Source: a virus (Duplodnaviria; Caudoviricetes). From it: a stretch of 58,711 nt of DNA. The notes under the pieces were generated by a model. It was given only the letters and a program-made list of their open reading frames with translations. It was not told the DNA's origin and did no database searches. The translations under genes and the position numbers were made by a program. Location of the stretch: the IMG/VR virus record IMGVR_UViG_3300017784_002304, positions 1-58,711 of that record; one strand, written 5' to 3'. Positions 36,872-46,629 of this stretch are shown here, piece after piece (the first letter of the stretch is position 1; the number at the start of each line of letters is the position of its first letter).

Positions 36872-39800
36872 TTATCCGATAAAGATTCTTCCGCCTTGAA
36901 CATTGATACTGCATATGCTATTCGCTGTTAGAGGTGGTGTCAAAGCGTCCGTGGTCTTTGAGAAGTGCTGTCCATTCAAACCAGCAAATCCTGTTGCTGC
37001 TCCACTCACGCCAGTGGCAGTGTTTGCCAACCAATATCTGACGGCACCGCTTGTGTTGTACACGTGACCAACCGTTCCAGCAGCGGCACTTCTGGTGTTG
37101 ATTTTTTGTGCTGCCGCTGTGCGAGCGTCTTGTGTGTACCGAATGTACTGTGGTGCTGTGGTTGTGGGTGCTGAATCTACTATTGAACCTGGGGGCAAGC
37201 GAATCACGCCTTCCCAGAAGGTAGACAGCAAACACAGACCACGCTGGCGGGTTCCATCAGCCGTTTGCGCAGCCGCTCCGATGCCACCGTCCCAATGGAA
37301 AACGTACCCCAGTGTTTGCCCATCCAGACTAACTCCGCCGACCAGTCGAATATACGAATCGTAGAGGCTGGTGATGGCTCCATCCAAAGTACCCAACTGG
37401 ACTGCTTCTTTTGCTCCCCACTTGATTCCGGTTCTTCCAATATAGAATCCTCCAGATCCTGCTATCCCTGCGTGTGTTCCGTAAATTTCAGGGCGCACAA
37501 TGTTTCCCAAAGACACCAGCCCTCCCAACACCGCATACGATTTGTCTGTGACCCACAGAACACTGTCTTGAAGCGTATGGGGACCATTGCTTGTACCATC
37601 TCCTCTAAATCTGTTGCTGAACCCTAGTGTAGGATGCTTTGCAAACAACACACCTGTCTTGAAATACGAGTTTTCGCTAACAAGAACAGCAGCGCGTCCT
37701 CGGTATCCTGTTACGCACACCACTCCGGTTGTGGCGTTTGCTCCTCCAAGAAGACCCGCTTCTCCCACAGCACCAGTTTGTTCACCTTCTCTGGAATCAG
37801 CATCAGTCGCTCCTCTTCCTACAGATGGTATGGAGTCCACCATGCTGTCGCCAACCAATAGTCTACTGCTTCGACCCACGTGAACAGGGTGTCCGTTTCC
37901 GCAGTTGTGTATCCACAACACCTTCTCAACCAGTGCATCAGAAGTGTCTGTTACCGAGAACGACACCGGCATAGGAGTGGGTCTTCTACCGGATACTTGA
38001 CCGACAAAAGAGTCGAAACGATTTTCGCCTCCAAGATTGTCATATGACTGCAAGAAGTACGAAGTGTACTGCGTGCCGTCTGCATACGGTATACCAGTAA
38101 TGCTAGCAGTGTTTCCACCTTCAGTGCGCACAGAAACAGATACCTTGTCCAAGAAGTACCCACCAATAAGAGAGGTGCCTGCCACGTCTCCGTAGAAGTA
38201 CACGCCTAATGTGCCGCCCACTCCACTGGTTATGCCGTTTCGTACTTCAAAGTCTCCACTATACGACAAACCACCGTTGTTTGCCATAGTCTTTAGACCA
38301 GTGAACAGGTACTTTTGATACGAGACTGGTGTGCCACCGCTGTATGTGGCACTCGTGGTGCTGCCCGCAACACCGAGGATTTCACTGTTCTCTACACTGT
38401 AGAAGTTTACGTTACCAATGTCTTGAACACCAGCAGAAGTGGTCATCGTAGCCTTGATAAGAGGATACTTTGTCCATATGGTGCTGGTGTCGGTGTACCT
38501 GACAAACGACGCGGACGCTCCTGCAAGTGTTGTTCCTGGGAAAATTGGAACCAGTAATTTCATGGTGAATATGGGCAAATCTGTTGCGTTTTCCAGCCAC
38601 GCAGAGGTGCAGTTGAACTGCGAAGACGACAGGAACACCGGATTCCTGCCAGCAGAAATCACCACACTGCCTTCACTGTAATTCGTTTTGTGCAGAAGGT
38701 TTGTGCCTGAACTGTCTGTGAAATCTATAGTGGAATTCTTTGATATGATTCCGTTCTGACACTGGTTCACACACATCACCGGAGCGTTGTCCAATGAATT
38801 CAGCGTTGCGTAAATAACCGATCCAGTCACACCACTACCAGCAGCATTTGCGGTACTAGCCGTGTACTTGGTTACCTTTGACCTGAACGCAGACACTGCC
38901 GTTCCTGTTCCAAGGAAGCCAAGATGTCGAATACCAACCTCTGAATCCTCAAGAACCAATGCACACCCGTTTTTTGCCCATCGTGAGTGCGAAGTTCCCG
39001 CAATGTCTTTGCTGTTTACCGCAGTGATTGCCTGTGTCCAGTTCAGCGTGGCACCCGTCACCCCGCCCGACAGGGTATACGGCATATCAGAGTTTGCAAA
39101 CATGATGTTGCGAATGGCACGAAGCCGTCCACCTTTAAGCACCAAACTGCCTGTGTTGTTTGTGTACGGTGCACGGATTGTGACTGGATACAGTGAAAGA
39201 ATATACGGATCGTCTGTTACATGGAGCAACGATCCACGAGCAGGAAACGATTTGCTTCCGTTTTCACTCTTCCATGCGGTGTCTCCGTAGTAACCGTTCG
39301 GCTGTGAGTACTGTGTTTCAGGGTAATTGCTTGCTACTCCAGCCCACGAAACAGTGTTATTGATACCACCATCAGTGTGCCACGCAGGGCAACGAGAGTC
39401 CCAGTTCAGATTGTTTAGTTGAACCGCAAGGGTTTCGCCGTGAGTGGTTGCACCCAAAATTCTGCCAATTCCAAGAATTCCCGCGCCGTCTTCGTACGAG
39501 AATCCGTGATTGAAAAATCTGTCTCCCCAAACAAGTGGACTGTACCCAGAAGTAGTACTACCCGACCCAAGAATACCCACTGCTCGTGCAACACCAAAAC
39601 CTGCGGAGTAACCGTTTGTGGCGTATCCACTACGTGAACCAAACGCACCGTTCGTTACAGAAAAGTACAGCCCTTGATCTACACCTGTAAAGCCGTGCAG
39701 AGTTGTGCCGGTGGTGGTGCCGTCAAACAGTCTCATGTTTGCGGTGTGACCGCCACCAGCAAAGTTTGCCAAGTTCCACGTGTAGTTTGCAACCTGCCAC

Positions 39801-40105
39801 ACCGTGCGCTGTCGGAACGCATCAGGATCGCCCTCAATCACCAAATTTGCGCCCTGTGGGTGGTACAGGTCAATGTTGCTGCTCAGTGTGTACTCGCCGC
39901 GCAGTAGCCGAACAGTGAGAACTGCCGTGCCTGCAATGGTGTACTCACGAGCCACGCTCATTGCCTTGCCCAGAGACTGGTACGGGGCAGCAGTGGTGCC
40001 TACACCCGTGGAGTCGTTTCCGCTGGGGGACACGTAGATCACCGTGTCGCTGTCTATGCGACGCAGATTGGCAATGTTTGGAACTTGAATGGGTGTGTTT
40101 GGCAT
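36872..40105 (-). CDS. Large Gly/Thr/Ser-rich virion protein (fibre/spike-like, possible beta-helix)
   Basis: IYVSPSGNDSTGVGTTAAPYQSLGKA is a typical beta-helix N-cap; lies in the fibre module behind a late promoter motif. Confidence 0.65.
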   Translation of the reverse strand: MPNTPIQVPNIANLRRIDSDTVIYVSPSGNDSTGVGTTAAPYQSLGKAMSVAREYTIAGTAVLTVRLLRGEYTLSSNIDLYHPQGANLVIEGDPDAFRQRTVWQVANYTWNLANFAGGGHTANMRLFDGTTTGTTLHGFTGVDQGLYFSVTNGAFGSRSGYATNGYSAGFGVARAVGILGSGSTTSGYSPLVWGDRFFNHGFSYEDGAGILGIGRILGATTHGETLAVQLNNLNWDSRCPAWHTDGGINNTVSWAGVASNYPETQYSQPNGYYGDTAWKSENGSKSFPARGSLLHVTDDPYILSLYPVTIRAPYTNNTGSLVLKGGRLRAIRNIMFANSDMPYTLSGGVTGATLNWTQAITAVNSKDIAGTSHSRWAKNGCALVLEDSEVGIRHLGFLGTGTAVSAFRSKVTKYTASTANAAGSGVTGSVIYATLNSLDNAPVMCVNQCQNGIISKNSTIDFTDSSGTNLLHKTNYSEGSVVISAGRNPVFLSSSQFNCTSAWLENATDLPIFTMKLLVPIFPGTTLAGASASFVRYTDTSTIWTKYPLIKATMTTSAGVQDIGNVNFYSVENSEILGVAGSTTSATYSGGTPVSYQKYLFTGLKTMANNGGLSYSGDFEVRNGITSGVGGTLGVYFYGDVAGTSLIGGYFLDKVSVSVRTEGGNTASITGIPYADGTQYTSYFLQSYDNLGGENRFDSFVGQVSGRRPTPMPVSFSVTDTSDALVEKVLWIHNCGNGHPVHVGRSSRLLVGDSMVDSIPSVGRGATDADSREGEQTGAVGEAGLLGGANATTGVVCVTGYRGRAAVLVSENSYFKTGVLFAKHPTLGFSNRFRGDGTSNGPHTLQDSVLWVTDKSYAVLGGLVSLGNIVRPEIYGTHAGIAGSGGFYIGRTGIKWGAKEAVQLGTLDGAITSLYDSYIRLVGGVSLDGQTLGYVFHWDGGIGAAAQTADGTRQRGLCLLSTFWEGVIRLPPGSIVDSAPTTTAPQYIRYTQDARTAAAQKINTRSAAAGTVGHVYNTSGAVRYWLANTATGVSGAATGFAGLNGQHFSKTTDALTPPLTANSICSINVQGGRIFIG

Positions 40106-40112
40106 ACTGGTG

Positions 40113-40120
40113 TATTTATC
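40113..40120 (-). promoter_or_regulatory. Late promoter motif GATAAATA, 7 nt before the ATG
   Basis: Intergenic; no SD between the motif and the start codon. Confidence 0.6.
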
Positions 40121-40122
40121 CT

Positions 40123-42411
40123 TTACGCGATGCGGATGGCGTAGCCTTGTATCGCAACAACCCAGTGAATACTACTGTCAACATGATAAATCACGGAATG
40201 ACCGCCACCCACATCAGGAGTTGATTTAGCAAAACCAGAAATAGTACCCGATGTGATTCGTTTTGCCTTGAATGGCGCGGATGCACTCTCCGTGAATTCT
40301 GTCCAATTACTAGGAACTGATGTACTACTAGTAACAAGAGTCTCAGCAGCCGTAGTATCATTGAAAAATCGGTATATCAGACCAGAACGGTCTGTGCCGC
40401 TACTACCAGAACGAGCAGTACTGTTGTCCTGATAAGTTGCCAGAGCAAAATGCTGACCGCTAGGAACAGTAACGGTAAACGCACCAACCAGAACAGTGTT
40501 CTCGTCCACGGCTGATCCCGTTGCATTTCCGTTCATCTGACCGTTTATCGTTATAAACCATGTTCCAGCAGGCAAAAGTACAGTTGGCTGTCCTCCGCTG
40601 TAATGCCACAGAGGAACAATCTGTCCCACACCTGATGATAGAGTTGGTTTTACCATCACATTGGTGCTGCCGCCAAAGTTGCCTACTTTCAGCGTGCCGT
40701 TCACATCAAGGGTGGCTCCTGGCGAAGTATTTCCGATGCCCACATCACCCGTATGGTTGATAGTCAAACAGGCATGAGACAGAGTAGCAGATCCTGCACT
40801 ATTATTACCACCTCGGTTCAGTATGTGAACCTTTCCTCGGGCATCGTTGAATCCTTCGGTGGTGTCTGTTCGTTCAAATACTAGTGCTGCCTTACGATAA
40901 TTTGCGCTATTGTTGTTGTCTGTGTCTTTATATCCAAATCCAATACCCGTCCATGTTCCAACATTCAGAACGCGACCGAAGTGAGCAAATCCATTGGATT
41001 CTGTGGTTACATCAAACAAAGACTGCGGAACTATTGTTCCAATCCCCACTTTCCCGTCCGTGGTGAGCCGCATCCGCTCCGTACCCAGTCCACCGTCACC
41101 CGCAGTGTTTGTGTGTAAAACAAGGTCGCCATTTGAGCCGCCCACATTCCGCGAACGCAGGTCGCGCACCAACAGGCTGCTGTACGGAATATCAAGCCCG
41201 TCAACAATAGCGGCACGGGTGTACGGCTTGGCTTTGATAATGTACTTCGTGGCAAGATACGGGGGCTTGAGCGCAGCAGAACCGCTCGGAACCGACGGCT
41301 CTGCGCTGGTTGCGTTCCACGTTGCAACATTCACCAGTGAGCCAATGCTTTCAGATCCGCCTTCTTCACCGAGGGCAAACGCGCTCAGTGCGGAGTTGTA
41401 CGCGGTGTCGCTCTCGCTGGTTCCGTCCGCAACGGCTGCGGGATTCACGCCCACCGCAAACCGCCCACGCAGATCAGGAGTATTGAACGCAATCACCGCG
41501 ATTCCCGACACCGTGGCAGTGATGCTTGTTGTTATTGTTCCGGTTGAGTTCAAGAAACGGTAGTTTGCAGTAGCGGCGGCAGCGTTGCTCAACGACCCCG
41601 CAGCAAACACCGTGTTGGGGAACACAAACTTGCTGTTTGCGTAGTTGGGCAGCACCTGCACCAAGTAGTTACTGGAGCCTTCAGAAGTAATCACCACAGC
41701 CGTAATGTCTGCATTGGAACCGTACAGAGTATTCGTTGACCACGCTGCACCACTGGTCTTGAACTGGATGTACCCACCAACAGTAATGTTGCTCGTGCTT
41801 GCGATGTTTAGACGTGCCACGTACCCGTAAATAGGCACGCGGTCGCCGGTGGTGTTGCGAATCTTGTCGTGGAGTTCGGCGTAGTCGCTCACGGCGTACG
41901 AAGCACCGTTGCACTCTAGCCACGTGTCAGGAATAGTGCCCCCTGCATACGGCGCAATGGTGCCCACAGGCTGAATCTCGTCTATCGCAACAGTGGACGA
42001 CCCGCCGATTTGGGTACCCAAATAGTTCACCACAATATGTCCTGAACCGTTGGTGGAACGAGTCAGCACAGGCTTCACCACAGAACCTATGAAACTGGGT
42101 GGGGTTGCACTCAGTTCTCCTGCGGTGCTTCCCGACAGGAACAGCACCGGATACGACGCGCCTGATACAGCAGGCACTTCAATGTACCCGCTGTACGTGA
42201 GTTGAAAGGAGTTTGCGTCTTCCCGCGCGTTCACCACACCAACAACTTCTGCGTTCACTGCGGTGTCGCCTTGGGCTTTTACGTAGGTGTTCGTGGCAGT
42301 GTTCCACCGCAGCACATCACCCACCGTGAAACCGTGCGCTGTTTGGGAAATGCTTTCCTTGAGTGTCCTTGCGGATGCTGCTCCGCCTGTTAGTACTAGT
42401 GATGAAGCCAT
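40123..42411 (-). CDS. Tail fibre protein with a phage tail-collar domain
   Basis: PVGTIAPYAGGTIPDTWLECNG ... FNTPDLRGRFAVG ... PPYLATKYIIKA; GKVGIGT and GDVGIGNTSP fibre repeats. Confidence 0.8.
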   Translation of the reverse strand: MASSLVLTGGAASARTLKESISQTAHGFTVGDVLRWNTATNTYVKAQGDTAVNAEVVGVVNAREDANSFQLTYSGYIEVPAVSGASYPVLFLSGSTAGELSATPPSFIGSVVKPVLTRSTNGSGHIVVNYLGTQIGGSSTVAIDEIQPVGTIAPYAGGTIPDTWLECNGASYAVSDYAELHDKIRNTTGDRVPIYGYVARLNIASTSNITVGGYIQFKTSGAAWSTNTLYGSNADITAVVITSEGSSNYLVQVLPNYANSKFVFPNTVFAAGSLSNAAAATANYRFLNSTGTITTSITATVSGIAVIAFNTPDLRGRFAVGVNPAAVADGTSESDTAYNSALSAFALGEEGGSESIGSLVNVATWNATSAEPSVPSGSAALKPPYLATKYIIKAKPYTRAAIVDGLDIPYSSLLVRDLRSRNVGGSNGDLVLHTNTAGDGGLGTERMRLTTDGKVGIGTIVPQSLFDVTTESNGFAHFGRVLNVGTWTGIGFGYKDTDNNNSANYRKAALVFERTDTTEGFNDARGKVHILNRGGNNSAGSATLSHACLTINHTGDVGIGNTSPGATLDVNGTLKVGNFGGSTNVMVKPTLSSGVGQIVPLWHYSGGQPTVLLPAGTWFITINGQMNGNATGSAVDENTVLVGAFTVTVPSGQHFALATYQDNSTARSGSSGTDRSGLIYRFFNDTTAAETLVTSSTSVPSNWTEFTESASAPFKAKRITSGTISGFAKSTPDVGGGHSVIYHVDSSIHWVVAIQGYAIRIA

Positions 42412-42445
42412 TGCGTGGGTTTCCTTTAGTATATCTAGTATCTAT

Positions 42446-43471
42446 TCACACCGAATTCAAATATCCGTCTCCAACAAACTGAAGCACTACTGCGTTAAGA
42501 GCGTTTTGAACGCTACCCGCTTTAACAGGAACAACAAAGATCAAATCAGATGCAGTATTGTTCTTGAACAGTGCCGCACCAATACCTTTATACCAAGTGA
42601 TGCCACGTTGTTCAAATACAGCAGTCACGGTTGGTCCGACTGAGCCGTTTAAATTTTTAGTGGTACACGTTGACATATTTACTGTTTGTGTCATGTTTGG
42701 ACCGTTGCCGTGATTGGTGACTAGCAACCCACCAGCAGGAACAAGAATATCAACCGTTGAAACGGTTGCGGTTTGAGCACTTGTGGTTTGAGAGTACACC
42801 GACCATTTATTAGGCAACAGCCAAGTGGCACGATACCAAGCCGTTTCAACTACACCGCCCCCGTCAGAACAAGGAATACTTAGACCGGTTGCCGATGAAG
42901 TGTAGTCTTTCCATTTTACATCTGTGTTTGGAGAGTACAGTACTATTTTGGAGTAAGTTTTAGTTCCTTTGGATACGCTCGTAGCCAAGTTTGCGGTCCT
43001 CACATCACTCCACGAAAATGCAGTTCCATCTATGCTTCCAGTGGGATATATCCCAGAAAAACTGTTAAGAGTTCCCACATACCACACCAGTATGGTGTTT
43101 CGGGTTGTATTTCTGGCAGCAGCACTCGGATCCTCAGCGTCTTGTTGAGCAGCAGTAAGTGATCCCCATGTGTTTATACTTGTACTGAAATTGCCTGGAT
43201 GGTTTTCGTTTGCTCCTTGTGAGGTGACCAACAAAAACGGTCGATTCAATCCAGAATCGCCTTCAACTGCATCCACCGACGCTTGCTTTGAAGCGTGTAT
43301 ATTTTTGTTGTAAAAGTCGCTAAACTTAATTTCTCCACTAGAAGGCACAGCCACATCTGCTTTATAATAAGCACTAATATTTCCAGAAACTCCGGAAGCG
43401 ACACCACCCCCAAGTGCAAACTGGGACCGGATGTCCGACAGAGAAATTTGTCCAGAAGAAGGTGTGGGCAT
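42446..43471 (-). CDS. Probable fibre-tip/adhesin protein
   Basis: Starts MPTPSSGQISLSDIRSQF...SGEIKFSDFY directly after an S74 fibre gene; ATG at 43471. Confidence 0.6.
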   Translation of the reverse strand: MPTPSSGQISLSDIRSQFALGGGVASGVSGNISAYYKADVAVPSSGEIKFSDFYNKNIHASKQASVDAVEGDSGLNRPFLLVTSQGANENHPGNFSTSINTWGSLTAAQQDAEDPSAAARNTTRNTILVWYVGTLNSFSGIYPTGSIDGTAFSWSDVRTANLATSVSKGTKTYSKIVLYSPNTDVKWKDYTSSATGLSIPCSDGGGVVETAWYRATWLLPNKWSVYSQTTSAQTATVSTVDILVPAGGLLVTNHGNGPNMTQTVNMSTCTTKNLNGSVGPTVTAVFEQRGITWYKGIGAALFKNNTASDLIFVVPVKAGSVQNALNAVVLQFVGDGYLNSV

Positions 43472-43475
43472 ATGG

Positions 43476-46427
43476 TTACTCAGAAATACGATTCTGCAAA
43501 TCATCAATCTTATACGACAACTGTTTGATTGACTCCACCAACAAACCAACTAGGTTTCCGTATGCAAGACTGTAGTACTCACCGTCTAAATGCACTGCTT
43601 CAGGAAGAACCCGCAGCACTTCTTGAGCAATCAATCCAGTTCTTCGTTTTCCATCAGTTGACGTGTAGTTCACGCCTCTGATTGCCAAGACTTTGTTTAA
43701 AGCATCAGAAATTTGAATGATGTCAGATTTCAGTCGTTCATCAGAGAATGCAGTTATATCACCAGAGGCTTTTATTGCTCCTGTAACTTCTAGTGCAACT
43801 GTGGGAGAGGTAGTGTTTACTCCCACCTTAACGTCTGTGCCGTTGTACGACAACAACAAGCCTACTACTTGCGACCCTACTCCCCAAGGAGCAATAGCAA
43901 ATGTGTGTCCTGCGCCGCCGGCGGCAGCCTTTCCAAACAACAAATAACTACCGCCGTTCCACGCATTAATGCCGTTGTAGTCTCCACCTTGCCCACTGGC
44001 GTTCATCAGCAAGAAATTGCCGTCTGTGCCGCTCATGTATATTTGTGGACGCGAGGAAGTATTGGTGTCGCCTCTCACCCACAATCGCGGCGGATGGGTA
44101 AACACCCCAGGGGTCGCAGTACCAATCTGAACAGCACCCGCAAAATATCCGGTTGCGCCAGTGATACGGAACCGCTCGGTCATGGTTACAGCATCACCCA
44201 ACGGCGCGTCCACGCCGTCATTGGTCAGGAACCGCAGTTCACCCGCACCAGAAGTTCTACCAACAACAAGACTGGATCGAACGGCTGATCCTGCGGGCAG
44301 CGAAGACGCGTACGTACGGGCACCTAGGCTGGGCATGACCCCGTAGTTGATTTGCAGGTTTCCAGTATCGTACTCCGTGCCGATCACGTTCAGAGACTGC
44401 GCAGTAAGTCCGCTCACTTCGTCTCCACGGTATCTGCTTGCCATGAGCACTCGACCACCCGGAACCGAGGCGTCTACAGTAACACCCATACGCACGTATC
44501 CGTACACGTCCAGTGGAGCAATGATGCGGTTTTGGGTATTGGTTCCTGAATTCCACGCGGACCACGTACTGGACGGTCCAATTCCAACGCAGCCCGTGAT
44601 TCCACGGCTGCTGGCAAACACAGAGCCTGCCGCAATACGAATGCTTTCACGACCACGAGACGAGCCGTCGTACACACCAATCTTCAGGTCACCCGAGAAT
44701 CCACTACGAATGTCGTCAACAAGGAACTGCTCCACGTCTGCACTGGCACCAGTAATAGAAGTTTCTGATCGCACGTCTCCGCGATACGAGAACAAGTACC
44801 CACCCGAAGCACTGGTTGCCATGAACAGGGGCTTCCGCACCTGCCCTGCAATGTTCGGCACTGCTGTGCTGAACGGGTTGGTTCCGCTCTCAAACGCACC
44901 ACTTGTGCCTGCGCAGTTCACGGGCAAGTAGTACACATCGCCCGGAGTAAGTGCTGTGTAAGGGGTTCCACTAATATCAAAGAACCCGTCAATCATTACA
45001 TCAAAATACGAGTAGATGGGGACGGGTGCACCAGGTCCACCTGTAACACCACCGCGACCCACAACCATTCCTGCAATTTCTGCTTCGTCGGGAGTGTTTG
45101 CCTGTGCTTTTACGTATATGCCCTGTGCGTAGTTTGCTTCAGCCGTTCCGCCTGCACCGTCGCTGTACGTAAGGGTAACTCCCCCTGAATACGCTTTAAA
45201 GCGCACCGAGTCACCCAAGTTAAACTTGTGTAACTGGTTGATGCGTGTGGTAATGGACGTAGAGTTTGCAATGTTGATGGGAGTTCCCAGTTCACCCCCC
45301 GTGAACGGCAGCACCATTGCAGCACTTGCTCCGGTTGCAATCAGAACCGCTTTGTGTACCTGTCCCGGAACAGTGGGTTGAATTTCTGTGATTTTTCCTG
45401 CACTGTACGGGCTAAGGTAATACGTTCTGCCGGCAACCAAACTGGAACCGGTTTCAGTAACCGATCTGAAGTCACCGTGGATTTCTCCCAACATGGTGAT
45501 TTCGAATCGGTCGGTGCCCATTGTGGACTCTGTTGCGGACACAATTCCAATTACTTCAGCGTTGATTCCACTGGAAGCCTGTGCCGCGGCGTAAGCGTTT
45601 GCCACTGCATCCAGTCGAACAGGTGTACCAAACGGGAATCCTGGTGAGCCTCCATACGTGATCACCTTTCGGTTTGCGCCCTCACGAATACGCACAAACG
45701 CTTCACTTCCGTATGTGCTGCCTGACAGCACGTCAATAAACGCGGTGGATCCGCTGGGAGAGTACCGCGAGAAGGTAATGGAGCGATTCGCTGTTCGTCC
45801 AGTTACGCTTGAAAGCGCAATTTCCACTCCGTGGTCGGCAGTATTTCCGCCTTGAACACGGAATCCTGTGCCGTAAACCGGAAGAGTGGTTCCGTTGTGT
45901 GGATACAGCCCCCAAGTTATTCCAGAGAACCAAATATGAGAATTGCTGCGCCACGCGCCGCTGCCGCCTTGCAAATCAGTGGGCAACCACAACCACTCCG
46001 CAGTTTTACCACCACCACGGCTCAAAATAATACCACCACCGCCAGAAGAGTTGATGTCCGTGTCTGTTACACCAGCAGTTGCACCCAAAACAATGGAGTA
46101 ATCGTCAATGGTGACGTTGTTGGCGTTTACAGTGAATGTTTGTGCGTTGAACGTGACATTACCGTTAAAAGTAACACCCGAATCAAAAACAATTCCGCCT
46201 TGGAAGGTGTGTCCGTTTGGAATGTTGTCTGCAAGCACATATGTAAGAGTACCGCCCGCACTCACCGTGGCATTTAGTTCGGAACTGCTTACACCGTCGT
46301 ACACACGGATCTTGTTGATCTTGTACACCGAAGTGTTCGTGATGTCACGCCATGTGTTGAAGGTGTCACCCAGTTCAACTTCTGGAATTTGGTACGAGTT
46401 TGAGTCAGGTCCGGTGTTGGTTGCCAT
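43476..46427 (-). CDS. Long tail fibre with a C-terminal peptidase S74 intramolecular chaperone
   Basis: GDTFNTWR at the N-terminus; GDITAFSDERLKSDI...GLIAQEV..VLPEAV...YGNLVGLLVESIKQL. Confidence 0.85.
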   Translation of the reverse strand: MATNTGPDSNSYQIPEVELGDTFNTWRDITNTSVYKINKIRVYDGVSSSELNATVSAGGTLTYVLADNIPNGHTFQGGIVFDSGVTFNGNVTFNAQTFTVNANNVTIDDYSIVLGATAGVTDTDINSSGGGGIILSRGGGKTAEWLWLPTDLQGGSGAWRSNSHIWFSGITWGLYPHNGTTLPVYGTGFRVQGGNTADHGVEIALSSVTGRTANRSITFSRYSPSGSTAFIDVLSGSTYGSEAFVRIREGANRKVITYGGSPGFPFGTPVRLDAVANAYAAAQASSGINAEVIGIVSATESTMGTDRFEITMLGEIHGDFRSVTETGSSLVAGRTYYLSPYSAGKITEIQPTVPGQVHKAVLIATGASAAMVLPFTGGELGTPINIANSTSITTRINQLHKFNLGDSVRFKAYSGGVTLTYSDGAGGTAEANYAQGIYVKAQANTPDEAEIAGMVVGRGGVTGGPGAPVPIYSYFDVMIDGFFDISGTPYTALTPGDVYYLPVNCAGTSGAFESGTNPFSTAVPNIAGQVRKPLFMATSASGGYLFSYRGDVRSETSITGASADVEQFLVDDIRSGFSGDLKIGVYDGSSRGRESIRIAAGSVFASSRGITGCVGIGPSSTWSAWNSGTNTQNRIIAPLDVYGYVRMGVTVDASVPGGRVLMASRYRGDEVSGLTAQSLNVIGTEYDTGNLQINYGVMPSLGARTYASSLPAGSAVRSSLVVGRTSGAGELRFLTNDGVDAPLGDAVTMTERFRITGATGYFAGAVQIGTATPGVFTHPPRLWVRGDTNTSSRPQIYMSGTDGNFLLMNASGQGGDYNGINAWNGGSYLLFGKAAAGGAGHTFAIAPWGVGSQVVGLLLSYNGTDVKVGVNTTSPTVALEVTGAIKASGDITAFSDERLKSDIIQISDALNKVLAIRGVNYTSTDGKRRTGLIAQEVLRVLPEAVHLDGEYYSLAYGNLVGLLVESIKQLSYKIDDLQNRISE

Positions 46428-46428
46428 T

Positions 46429-46617
46429 TCAGTTGCTCTTTGGGGTTATTGATGCCAGTAGTTGCTGTATCTGCAACTTCAGAGTATCTATCTCCGTTTT
46501 CATAGACTCCACAGCACTTGCTGTTTGGAGTGCGCGTTGATGCGTTTCCAGTGCGTCGGTATCCGCAAGCACCAGTGCTCCGCTGGCAGGATCTCGGGTG
46601 TACCGTTTACGGTTCAC
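46429..46617 (-). CDS. Small coiled-coil protein
   Basis: RDPASGALV followed by a heptad-like EIDTLKLQIQQLL; AGGAG SD. Confidence 0.7.
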   Translation of the reverse strand: MNRKRYTRDPASGALVLADTDALETHQRALQTASAVESMKTEIDTLKLQIQQLLASITPKSN

Positions 46618-46629
46618 TCATAACTCCTG

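Noticed and set aside
22390-46427. G-x-T motifs as collagen-like repeats
   Set aside because: They are dispersed or at most paired, and do not form the continuous (G-X-Y)n runs needed for a triple helix.
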